A program made the translations under genes and the position numbers. A stretch of 64,000 bases of DNA from contig CM022667.1 in NCBI GenBank assembly GCA_012295275.1, positions 21,762,001-21,826,000 of the forward strand, read 5' to 3'. Origin of the DNA: Chrysomallon squamiferum (lineage: Eukaryota > Animalia > Mollusca). Below, in pieces: positions 1 to 23,698 of this stretch. The notes under the pieces are model-generated. The model saw only the letters and a program-made list of their open reading frames with translations. It made no database searches and was not told where the DNA came from. Numbering within the stretch: position 1 is the first letter of the stretch; each line of letters begins with the position of its first letter.

Positions 1-1034
1 CACGTTTCCTTCCTGTTGTGTTTTTCAAATACAATGTTTTAAAATATTTAAACATATAAACAAGCGCAGGTATAAACACACTTATTCTCTCTTTCCCTAT
101 CTCATCATATTACATTAGTCTTTAAAACTCTTCATTACATTGTGTTGATGAATATGCTTGTAAGCATTCTTATTAATAATGTATAACAGTACTTAAATGT
201 GTTTACGTGTTAATGTGGAGAGTAGAGATGTGTTTTTACGTGTTATTTAATGACATAGCTTGGGAACAAATTTCAAGATTTTAAAAAACAAGTACCATGT
301 AGGAAATAATTATGTATTCCTTCTAATTATTATTTTATTAACCAATGTACTTTTTCATCATAAGGGTGATGTTCGTTCTTTTTTTCCTTTTGTGTTGTTG
401 TTGTTTTATGATACAAATGAAATTTATTAACAGCCGTTTTATTTTTATTGATCACCTTCTACATTTGTAGTTTAAAATACAAAAATAAAAATGGATTTTA
501 ATAGTTATATGTTACCTCCGGTTATGTCACCAGTTTTATCGAGCATAAATGATAATGTACTGAAATACATTATTTCACTCATGACAAGCAAAGAAACAAG
601 AACAGATGTTGATTTTGTTTTATTTAAAAATGTTCATTGACATACATAGATACGTTTTTGAGAATTTATTATTAATTGAAATAATATTTGGAGTTCTTGT
701 ATTTTTCAGTTGTACTTCAGTGAAAGTATTTATTATTTCATATTTAAAACGCAACAGAGGACTTCTCGAAATCACCGATATTTGAGTTTTTCTGTCAGTA
801 ACTTTGTTCAAGCCTCGCCTTTCCCAGAGAGAGCGCTTTCACAACCACCTGATTATTCCTTGTTTTTATTTAGACGTACCTTTAGCTTAGTAACAGCATT
901 TCTCTATATTTCATTATACTGTAACATAGATAATTATAGTAATTATAATTAATTATTAACAAATTAACTCACATTCTCGTGATAATTTTGTGATTGTATT
1001 CAAGATGTTTACCATTAGTTCTCGTCTAAAGCTT

Positions 1035-1088
<54 letters not shown>

Positions 1089-2339
1089 GATAATATTTTA
1101 TAGTGTTTTGATACTGGGATATTTTCTGAAGTGACGATAATCCCAAACCATAACAAACACTGGCTCTGTCAAACTGGCCTGAAAGCAAATTGTAAAATTA
1201 AGTTATTTCTGCGACTTAGACGACGTCCGCTGTCCTTGGGGCGCTTCTGAGATTTGATTACTACTAGTTTATCATTTTTTATATGAAGTGATATATTGTT
1301 TAGTGATTTTAAACTCCTGAGAAACAGAAGAATTCTTCTGTCATCCTTAACTTCTATCTGCCTTTTTATTGATTTATAGCCTCTTATAGGACTGGTATTT
1401 TTGAATATGCTGGTATAATGGTGACGTCTGCCTTTAATACAACAGTATCTGAGGTATGAGTTACCTTCAAACTGATTAATCAAAAAGTGTGATTACGTTG
1501 TTTTATAATCTTTTTCTACTAAACTACACACTTTTATTTATTTATTTTTTTATTTTTTATTTTTTATTTTTTAAAGACAAGTTGTAATTGATATTTCGAA
1601 GTGATTTTACTAATATCTATGTTATTTTATGAAAAGACGTATCACTATTTCGTCAGTAATAATTAAATATTTATAGAAACCGTCTCGAATGAGTAACTCT
1701 GAATAACCAACAGAATCGTTGTTTATTACATGTTAAAACTGGTTAGTGTAACTAATCACTGACAGATATAGTTTTGGATTTAGTCCCATGTATATTTTAT
1801 ATGTATGGCAAATATCGGATTAATGTTAAATATTTGTTTTCTGAAATTCGATACAAATGGGATAAAGGCTACAGACAAAATTATACTAGAAAATATACTA
1901 TATCTGTATATATCTACAAAGACAGTAAAGTAATCAGATGCTATTTATACATGGATTTTACTAACAGAAAGATGCTGGACTCCATTCTGATTACCGTGCA
2001 CATACAAATAACGAATAATTAGAAAATTGCCTGCTGATTTTTATTAGTGCGGTTTCTCTTAAGTTATTGGATTCGGGGAAAGAGTAATTTATTAGAATTA
2101 TTCTCAACCCACAGAGAACCAGGGGAGTGTTAAAGTGAATCAAAGAGAATCATCAAGTTTCAAATAGTACCACATAGTACCATAAACAACTACCGAGTAC
2201 CAAAGTGTACCAGTGGTATCAGAGATCACCACAGAGAGAACCAGATAATACCACTGTAGCAGTTAATACCTGACAGAGATTCAGAGTATCGTACAGTGCC
2301 TCAGTGACCCAGAGAGAATTATACAGTATTATGTACCAG

Positions 2340-4303
2340 AATATTATAGAGTGTAATACACAACAGAGTATCAGGTACTATCAGAGACAATTAGGGAGTA
2401 TAATATAGTACCTGAACGCAGAACAGACTATCAGATACTATCAGAGACAATTACAGAGTATAATATAGTACCTGAACACAGAACAGAGTGTCAGATACTA
2501 TCAGAGAGAATTATAGAGTATAATATAGTACCTGAACGCAAAACAGACTATTAGATACTATCAGAGACAATTACAGAGTAAAATATAGTACCTGAACACA
2601 GAACAGACTATCAGAGAGAATTACAGAGTATAATATAGTACCTGAACACAGAACAGACTATCAGAGAGAATTACAGAGTATAATATAGTACCTGAACACA
2701 GAACAGACTATTAGATACTACCAGAGAGACTTACAGAGTATAATATAGTACCTGAACGCAAAACAGACTATTAGATACTATCAGAGACAATTACAGAGTA
2801 TAATACAGTACCTGAACACAGAACAGAGTGTCAGATACTATCAGAGAGAATTACAGAGTATAATATAGTACCTGAACACAGAACAGAGTGTCAGATACTA
2901 TCAGAGACAATTACAGAGTATAATACAGTACCTGAACACAGAACAGAGTGTCAGATACTATCAGAGAGAATTCTAGAGTATAATATAGTACCTGAACACA
3001 GAACAGAGTGTCAGATACTATCAGAGAGACTTCTAGAGTATAATATAGTACCTGAACACAGAACAGAGTGTCAGATACTATCAGAGAGAATTATAGAGTA
3101 TAATACAGTACCTGAACACAGAATTGAGTGTCAGATACTACTATAGAGAATTACAGAGTATAATATAGTACCTGAACACAGAACAGAGTGTCAGATACTA
3201 TCAGAGAGACTTCTAGAGTATAATATAGTACCTGGACACAGAACAGAGTGTCAGATACTATCAGAGAGACTTCTAGAGTATAATATAGTACCTGAACACA
3301 GAATTGAGTGTCAGATACTACTATAGAGAATTACAGAGTATAATATAGTACCTGAACACAGAACAGAGTGTCAGATACTATCAGAGAGACTTACAGAGTA
3401 TAATATAATACCTGAACACAGAACTGAATGTCAGATACTATCAGAGAGACTTACAGAGTATAATATAGTACCTGAACACAGAACAGACTATCAGAGAGAC
3501 TTACAGAGTTTAATATAGTACCTGAACACAGAACTGACTGTCAGATACTATCAGAGAGAATTCTAGAGTATAATATAGTACCTGAACACAGAACAGAGTG
3601 TCAGATACTATTAGAGAGAATTACAGAGTATAATATAGTACCTGAACACAGAACTGAATGTCAATACTATCAGAGAGACTTACAGAGTATAATATAGTAC
3701 CTGAACACAGAACAGACTATCAGAGAGACTTACAGAGTATAATATAGTACCTGAACACAGAACTGACTGTCAGATACTATCAGAGAGAATTCTAGAGTAT
3801 AATATAGTACCTGAACACAGAACAGAGTGTCAGATACTATTAGAGAGAATTACAGAGTATAATATAGTACCTGAACACAGAACTGAGTGTCAGATACTAT
3901 CAGAGAGAATTATAGAGTATAATATAGTACCTGAACACAGAACTGATTGTCAGATACTACTAGAGAGAATTACAGAGTATAATATAGTACCTGAACGCAG
4001 AACTGAGTGTCAGATACTATCAGAGAGAATTATAGAGTATAATATAGTACCTGAACACAGAAATGATTGTCAGATACTACTAGAGAGAATTACAGAGTAT
4101 AATATAGTACCTGAACACAGAACAGGCTATCAGATACTATCAGAGACAATTACAGAGTATAATATAGTACCTCAACACAGAGCTGAGTGTCAGATACTAT
4201 CAGAGAATTACAGAGTATAATATAGTACCTCAACACAGAACTGAGTGTCAGATACTATCAGAGAATTACAGAGTATAATATAGTACCTCAACACAGAACA
4301 GAC
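2340..4303. repeat. 60-bp minisatellite, roughly 33 copies, with 50-bp deletion variants
   Basis: Unit TAATATAGTACCTGAACACAGAACAGAGTGTCAGATACTATCAGAGAGAATTACAGAGTA repeats in register with the 60-nt lines (e.g. 2821-3480). Some units lack 10 bp. A degenerate flank runs back to about 2100. Confidence 0.97.
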
Positions 4304-4555
4304 ATAAATAGAGGGTTTATCAGTCTGTAGTGACCAATAAGAGCTGTGTTGGTGCACAGTTTGTCATAGACCATTATCTGACTACCATGTAATAGCTGTT
4401 GGGGTTTATTATGGTGGGCAAACCAATTAATCATCAGCAAAATCTTTACAGCGTTATTTTCCTTTCAGTGGTTGTGTGTTTTAGATGTGATGTTGTTATA
4501 TTTCCTCTTTACAGACAAATAAATAAATATGAAATCTTCGTTTCCGAGTTATTAC

Positions 4556-4761
4556 ACTCATACAACTCAATTATTTTATTCTTACCCAAGCAGAAATTAG
4601 GCAGTTGCAAATGAATAATTATTATACTCATACAACTCAATTATTTTATTCTTACCCAAGCAGAAATTAGGCAGTTGCAAATGAATAATTATTATACTCA
4701 TACAACTCAATTATTTTATTCTTACCCAAGCAGAAATTAGGCAGTTGCAAATGAATAATTA
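4556..4761. repeat. 70-bp near-perfect tandem triplication
   Basis: TACAACTCAATTATTTTATTCTTACCCAAGCAGAAATTAGGCAGTTGCAAATGAATAATT starts at 4561, 4631 and 4701. Confidence 0.95.
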
Positions 4762-6590
4762 ATCTAGATAAATACACACACGTATATATATATATATATA
4801 TATATATGTACAAACAGAAGAACTAACCCAGAACAAAGAAATAAAAGTAAACGTATAAATAAATGAAAGAAGAAGAAACATACGAACAAACGAAGGAAGA
4901 ATAAAGGAATATTCGAACAAATGGACGGATGTACAAACGGTTGAATAAAATAAAAAATTAGAAACGATTATTACGATGGAAAAGCCCAGCGGAAGAATGG
5001 AAACATTAAGAGTTTAGTTCTCTACATAGAAGTGTTTGTTAAAGTAACCTGACATTGATGTATCTGTGTTGAGAGTAACACTGAGAGAGACACGTTACTA
5101 CCACGTAACTGTATCGTATTGCTCGTGTGCTCTCCTATTTAGCTTCATTTGCGCCTTGTCTGAGCTGAAACGTGAAGCAAATTCACTTAACTCCACACCC
5201 GTGTCGTGCTTCGTGTCGGAGTATCGATTCGCTGGAACTGTGACGCTAATGGACAAGTGCATTATGGCACTTCGTCCGTCTGTGTGACATTTCTCCACAA
5301 GTCCAGGCTGTCTAGCAGATCCCGTCGTTTAACTCTGTGACACTTTCTGTATGTATTTGTTACTTCATTTTCTAAACTGATATAGCTCAGTTTTCATTAG
5401 GTTAAGATTAAAGGACAGCTTTTTCTTTTCTTGCATCATTATAATCCCTTTCATCGTTTGAGCATTTGTTCTGTTCATAGTTATCCATCGACATGCTTTT
5501 TACATGCATGATATTTACTTCAAATTAACTACGCACGCAAACATTCTATATATTATTTAAAATTCTGTGTCAGTTTGAAGTAAGAATTTTGTTCGTTTCG
5601 TTAAAAACATATATTTTTCTTCATTTTTATTCCTAATCTCTACGTTTTCTTCACGGTATATCCAAAGTGCGAAGTATCCTCATTTTAAGTTCAGTTGTGA
5701 ACATTATCAAGCCACAGCTTTTTTTTCCATCTGTAATGATAAAGCTTAGTTACTTTATCTCGGTTGTGTCCTTGAACTTATTTAGGAATTAAAGGAAGGA
5801 TATCTACCGGAATTAAGGAAGGACATCTAGCGGATTTAATATTTAGGAAAATAAGCAGCGCCGCCTGGAGTCATTTAGCGGCGGAAATTCAAACAAAGGA
5901 CTGGCAATTTACTTCAGATGACAAGTTAGGTTTATTAAACCTGAACAGCATTCAGTAGATAACTGACCAGTAATCACGTAAATTAACATCTTCATTAAGT
6001 ACAAGCAATACTGTGTCTGACCTGCGCGCGTGCGTGCATGTTGCGAGTCCTGTATTAATTTAGTAAATTAGGTACTTATTATCGATTTTTATAAACTATT
6101 AATGCATTAAACCTTTTTGTTATCATTATTTTAATTTAAAGGTGTCTATATTATTATAAAGTACACTGCCCTCAGTAAACATACTTAATGAGTTATCTAT
6201 ATAGGAAAAGCAGTTTGCGAAAGAATATGGCCGTCAGTAACTTTCTGCCTTCAAACCGAAATTTAATCATTAGAAATATATAAATTTAAATTATTGTCCT
6301 ATGCGACTCAGAAAACACGTGTATCGGATCTTTCCTGTGTATCATCGAGAGTAACTAAAGTTAGGCTACACAGATATTTCACGTGAAAGCTGTCGCGTCT
6401 GTTATGACTGCGTGTTGAATGCTAATTATCACATGAGACACAGGCTCAAAGAGCGAGCACGTAAAATTAATGTTATTACACCAAACCTGAAATTAGCTAA
6501 AACAAACCTGCAAGATGTTACACGAATTAGCATTTATCACATTGATTTTATATGTTATCTGGTTGTTGTTTTGTATAACTACTACTGGAG

Positions 6591-7055
6591 CTAGTGTTAT
6601 CAGACTGGTGTTGCTGTACTAGTACAACTAGTGTTATCAGACTGGTGTTGCTGTACTAGTACAACTAGTGTTATTAGACTGATGTTACTGTACTAGTACA
6701 ACTAGTGTTATCAGACTGGTGTTGCTGTACTAGTACAACTAGTGTTATTATATTGATGTTACTGTACACGTAGAACTAATGTTATCAGAACGATATTACT
6801 GTACTAGTAGAACTGGTCTTTTTTGACTGATATTACTGTACTATTACAACTAGTGTTATTAGACTGATATTACTGTACTAGTAGAACTAGTTTTGTCAGA
6901 CAGATTATTATACTAGTGGAACTAGTTTTGTCAGACATATTGTTGTACTAGTAGAACTAGTGTTGTCAGACAGATTGTTGTACTAGTAGAACTAGTTTTG
7001 TCGGACAGATTATTATACTTGTGTTATCAGACTGATGGTATTGTACTACTAGAAA
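6591..7055. repeat. 37-bp minisatellite, about 12 copies, decaying rightwards
   Basis: CTAGTGTTATCAGACTGGTGTTGCTGTACTAGTACAA starts at 6591, 6628, 6665 and onward. Rich in ACTAGT palindromes. Confidence 0.92.
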
Positions 7056-7282
7056 GTTATGTTTAGAAACTGTTACATTATATTTTTCTGCTGATAATGT
7101 ATTTTGTCAAACGTAATGACTGACTGTATCGAATAACATCAATAGATATCATATTTCTGCCAATGAAACGTGCTGGTTTCTTCTTCTGCTGACATTACTG
7201 TGTTTAGCCAATCAATACTTCTCTAATATATATTATTGGTTTGCGAACTCTGCCTGTTATCCATGGAGATTTAATGTGTGTG

Positions 7283-7453
<171 letters not shown>

Positions 7454-7957
7454 GTATAGATTCAACTTTAAAAGATAAATATCTATTCAGGAACACACAG
7501 GTGTACATTTTTCATGACACATAAACATTACACACATTACCATATTGCATGACCATATTACAAACACAGTGAAGCAGAAACTTTGATGAATGTTTACATT
7601 AGTAAGCATTAGTTTACATTACAAATAAACAATGATTATGTGTTCTGCGTATTACAAGAAAAAATACACTACTTCGATATGTCTAAATTAAACAGCTGTG
7701 CAACATCAAGCAGAAATCTCTATAATAATAATATTAATAATAATAATAATAATAATAAAATAAATAAATAAATGAAGACGATGACAGGAACTAACACTAC
7801 TAATGTATTGCTATAACTGCTACTAATAGTGTTACTGTTACTGGTGTTAGTATTAAACTATTATTACTACTTTCACCACCACCACGTCTAATTATTTTAC
7901 TAGAACTACTGCTGTTGCTGCACCATAAGTATTGTAATTATGCTTTTTTTCTTCCAG

Positions 7958-17751
<9,794 letters not shown>

Positions 17752-17820
17752 CCACTGATGACGTCATCACCATTTTGCTTTACATGGAGGTTGGAGATCT
17801 GACTATATAATTATAACAGC

Positions 17821-17859
<39 letters not shown>

Positions 17860-18477
17860 CATCATCATCATCATCATCACTGTCATAACCTCGGAAAGAA
17901 CACTGTCTTTCTCTTGCCATTGATATAGCCAAATATCTTTGATTTTGATATAAGTGACAGTTGTCACTGTGATAAATTCCTCGTATTTGTTATTTAAACA
18001 TGTTGTTTTTGATTTCCATAAGATGTGCATGACAAACAGTGAAAGAATGCATTTAGTTTTAAATTTAACATATTTTGCTTTCATAAAAAACGAAAAGAAA
18101 TCACAATTTATATTTTTTTCTATCTAATGGAATTTCCTAATAAGAATTTCATTTTTATTATTTTATTTTATTTTACTGTTCTGTTTATTTATTGTTTAAC
18201 CTTCAGTTATCTTGCCCTCACCCATTCCCCCCCCCACATATATATATATATACATACAAACACCCACACCCACATACACAGATACACATACATACATACA
18301 CACACATACAAACACACACACGCACACACACATAAATTGCAAATAGTTTACTAACGTCTTCAATTCAGGTTAATAAAATCAAGAACAAAATCGAGGATAA
18401 AATCTTTAATAAAAAAACAACAACAGAACATTGCCTGTACTTGTGTGCTCTACCAGATGTTATCAACATCAAATACC

Positions 18478-19170
<693 letters not shown>

Positions 19171-19520
19171 AACAACAAAAAAAACCGCCACAGTGCTAAT
19201 AATTTATTAACTGAAAAAAAGATTTCGCTTTATTTATTTGTTATTAGCTTACAACCATTATATAGTTGTAAGAAACAGTTTTATATTATTTAAAATAAAA
19301 TGGACATGGAAAACACACACACACACATATATATGTAATACACATGCGCGCTACGCACACACACAGATATAGATTATAGATATAGATACAGATGCATGTA
19401 TGCTAACATATGAGCAATCATTTTAAAAGATACGCAATAACAGTACAGTAATGCATTTATTATGTTCCATGCATTTATTTGTAGTCCGATTATTTTGTAT
19501 TTAATTTGTAACACGAATTA

Positions 19521-19573
<53 letters not shown>

Positions 19574-21798
19574 GACTCAGTCAGTCAAGCATGCATACGT
19601 ACATACATACATACCTTTTTCAAAGTTGTCTTGATGCCCGAAAGGTAACGTCGTCCATCTTCAGAATTTGTGTCATAGCTCAATTCTCAGCGGCCTCTGA
19701 CGAGACATGCGAGGTCATGGCTGGACTTCGTCCTGCTGTGCCACGTTTAAAATGTTCTGTATACAGAGTCCAGTCAAACGAACAGAAAATCCTAAAATAC
19801 ATATATACATACATGCGTACAGATAGTTGACTAAATGTATTTATGGCATAAGCTTATATGTAATGTGGACTGTATAGTATTAGAGCTATGTATATTAAAA
19901 AAAGACAAGTGAATATCAACAGTAAAATAGTCAAACTGTAGCCTGTCCTGCCCTCTTTTTTTCTTTCTTTTTTTTCTGTTTTCAAGCACCCAAAATAACA
20001 GCCTTACTTTGAATAATGTTACTCCGTCCACGTAACCCGTTGTGTTGTTACGTATGAGTCAAAATGTGACCTGTATATTTACTCTGTTATTTTACGAAAC
20101 AAAAAGAATTAGTTGTTTTATCATTTTATTCTTCTTTTTTGTTCCAGTATAATGACAATAATAGATTCTATTGACATTAAATTAAGAAAATATTACTATT
20201 ATCATTATCATCGTCATCATCATCATCTTTCACGTCATCATTTTTGTTGTTATTTATATTACGACAGTTTGTTATAATTTTTAATATCATTATAAATATT
20301 ATCGTCGCCATATTATTATTACTTTGGTTCCCTCCATTGTGTATGGCTGTGATGTATTCTCTATCAAGTATTAATAAAATGATGATGAAGTACGTATGTA
20401 TGAATGTGTTTTAGTAGATTTGGCATTAGAAATTGAGAATTCAAGATCATGAAAATAAAAACCAAAACGACTTTTCTTCACCCGTTTAAAAATGACATTT
20501 CTGTAATATATATATATATATATGAAATGTATTGAGGTCGTAATAAATATGTAGGTCATATTCTTCATGTATCATGATTTGCGGTTTCATTTATATTGCT
20601 ACCGTAGAAGAACCAATGTAACATTACCATTCCATGACGTACTAGTGTTATATCAAGTTGTTTGTTGTTATTTCTGTTTTCCTGTTTTACATTTTAAGAG
20701 TAAATGTCTCGCGTTTCAGTCAAAATGAAAGTCAGTGTTCCAGGAAGTATGAAAAAAGAAAATAATATATTGATTAAATAAAATATATATGAAATATACT
20801 ACGTGTTGGTATTTGTCTTTATTATGGCGTAGAATTTCTACTTGATATTTAAATAAATATAAATAAAAACTTTCACAGTTTGATATATGTGAAAATGTGA
20901 CCATGACGTTTTCATTTTCATTTTGAGACAAGACTCAACAAATATATCCACTCATTATTTATTTATTTATTTATGTAACCGAATGCGTATCCTCGCATCG
21001 AACACGTTCTTCTTTTCTCAATATTCCTACAACTGTACATATATTTTTGAATTACATCGATTTCTAGAAGTTCGGTTTCAATATTTCAGTTTTGCATTCG
21101 AACTTAACGTAAATTAATTTAAGTTGTCGTCGTTGCTTGTGTCATTGAAATACTCACTGGAGTGATTTCTGGGATATCCTGGGAGACGGATTGATTTTAA
21201 AATAGAAACCAATTTAACTTTGACTGATCTCAGACATGTAGTGTCAAACAGTTCAGTCGAGTTAGTGTAATTTCGTCAACATCTCAGTTCCGATTAATCA
21301 GCTGCGAGAAATCGGTTAACAAAGACTCGGTTGACAACACAGGCCGTACGCCATATTTTTGTGATCAAGTAGACACAAAATTTCAGTTATTAATTGACAT
21401 TTGATTATATCGCGATAATAATTCTTCAGAAATATATTTCGTTTTGAAACTTATATGTATCTTTTCTGAAATAAAAGATCCTCTTTCTACAGGAAAAATA
21501 TTATATTAAAGATTTCTAGTAATCGTATATTAAAATAAACTCTTTAATATATAAATTTGTTTTTCTCTAAGAGATGAGGAAGTTAAGGCAAAAAAAAATA
21601 ATAATAAAAAAATAAAAATTAATAAAAATAAATTAAAAAAATAAACGAATAATTGGGGGAAAGTAATAATAATAAGAAATAATAGAAATAATAAATAAAA
21701 GAAGAAAAAAATTTCTGGCAGAAGTAAGAAGATTGATAAATTACTCATTAAATCTGAAGGTTAGAGACTATTTTTTACGTTTTAGATCAGTTAACCAC

Positions 21799-21851
<53 letters not shown>

Positions 21852-22782
21852 TCCAATAGATTAATATATACCGATAAAAACAAAAATAGAAACATAGAAA
21901 CGGGTAACATAATGCTACTACTACTGCTATTTCTTCTACTGCTCCTGAATATGTTTCAATATGAATATGCTTAAATTTTATGTACAGAGTCTTATCGATC
22001 AGCTGTAAGATATTTTCTGTCATTTCTTTCTTTAGAGGGCAACACATCCCATAAACGGAGGTTGGATATTTGTAAAAGCAGACCTACAGAGAGACAAAGA
22101 TAAATAGATAAGTAAATTATTTATTAAGTTTCCCATCTGTATATCATGTTATATGGCATTACAAAATCATCTTCAGCCTGGAAATTTTCCCTTATATTGT
22201 TCTATATTACTGAATATTTTTGTTCTGTCAACCTTCATACCAAATTATCTCAGAAGACATAAATTTAGTAAAGAGGTTTGCTAAACTCCTCCGAGCAAAA
22301 AACACAGAAAAAGAAATCGTCTTACCTTAAGCCTAAATCTACATATCTATTTATTGTCAGTTATTTTGAAGTCGGAGGTAATTTTTGGAAAGTTCGGCTA
22401 TGCTGGAACTTGTGTTTACTGGACAAGTGATTTCATGAAGCTGCAGACATATGTCAAGTGTAACTGCGTCCAGAGCCGAGTTCACCCGCTAATCTGGTTT
22501 ACTTGCTATATTTCTCGTTTGAATCAATGTGGCTTCGTGACCACGAACAAATTGAACAAGAGAATGATGGACAGTCAGTAGTGTGGTCTTTATAATAACT
22601 GAGTTAGTGGTCAAGGTTAAACAGTATGTTCTATTTTTCACAGAAAAATTTAAAACAAATTAGTTGAGACATTAAGCATTGTTATTCACCATTTTCTTTT
22701 TTTTTTTTTGGTTATTTATAATAATATTAATACTGATGATGAATCATTTACATTGTATTGACAATCATAATATAGATAGATG

Positions 22783-22816
<34 letters not shown>

Positions 22817-23637
22817 CAGACAGACAAACAGACTGACACAGACAGACAGATATAATCTGTAACAAGTGATAACAAAGTTCCCATCTATATCTGCTGAAAC
22901 TGGTAAGAATTAAATGTTTCCCATGAATCATTACACTGTTTAAACCATAACTTTGTATTGGTCAAATCAGACTAAATGTACCGTTTCCAGTACTCTCAGT
23001 TGTTTTTTCCTCCAGTGTAGCAGAACATGAATTACTAGATTTTCCAATGCCTAGCAGCAGAATATTTCAGTTATTACGACTTACTAGTTTTAGCTGATCT
23101 TAGTAGTACCTAAAAGTGAGATTTTATATTGTATGAATATGATGTAAAAAAAGCAAAATACATAAGTAAAAAATGAAAAACAAGTTTAATCGACATAACT
23201 TTTTACGTTAAGTTCCTGAAGCACAAGACCCATTTGCGATGACAAAAAAAACAACAAAAAACACTATTGTTTTTCTTCTTTTTTGTGTGATAAATATTAT
23301 GTTATTCTTTATTTTCACGTTTCATTTAATATCACCACTACTACTACTACTAATAATAATAATAATGATAATAATAATAATAATAAAGTTAAAAAAACAA
23401 ATCTATGACTTCAATTTAGCAGAAGTTGTTTTTCTCATTGCAGTAAGCCCTCGAAAACAAAAAGTGCATGTTAGTTGAGCCACAAGTCATAATCAAAGTC
23501 AGTTGTGTTATACGTTTTCTAAGCTTTTTGGAACTTACAGAAGTTACAAACGAAATAAAAAATAAGAATAATTTCTCCCCGTGTTTCTGCGGTTTAGAAC
23601 ATGATTTGTGGTCAAACTGAGCCACGATTCAAGTTGA

Positions 23638-23698
23638 TTACTGTTCTTGGGGGACAAAACACGACCTGTGATCGGGATCTGGATTCAGTTCACACAGC
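23638..23698 (-). CDS. Terminal exon: second part of zf-CW
   Basis: Acceptor ttttccag. (W)LCELNPDPDHRSCFVPQEQ* supplies Zn ligands 3 and 4. Confidence 0.9.

Noticed and set aside
1169-1483. 104-aa minus-strand ORF
   Set aside because: No recognisable domain or convincing splice context. It may be a decayed retroelement fragment but this cannot be supported.
2340-4303. CRISPR-like regular array
   Set aside because: The units are head-to-tail copies with no unique spacers, there are no cas genes, and the context is eukaryotic.
4399-7280. Candidates for the signal-peptide exon of the LDLa gene
   Set aside because: None combined an in-frame ATG, a hydrophobic stretch and a phase-1 GT donor.
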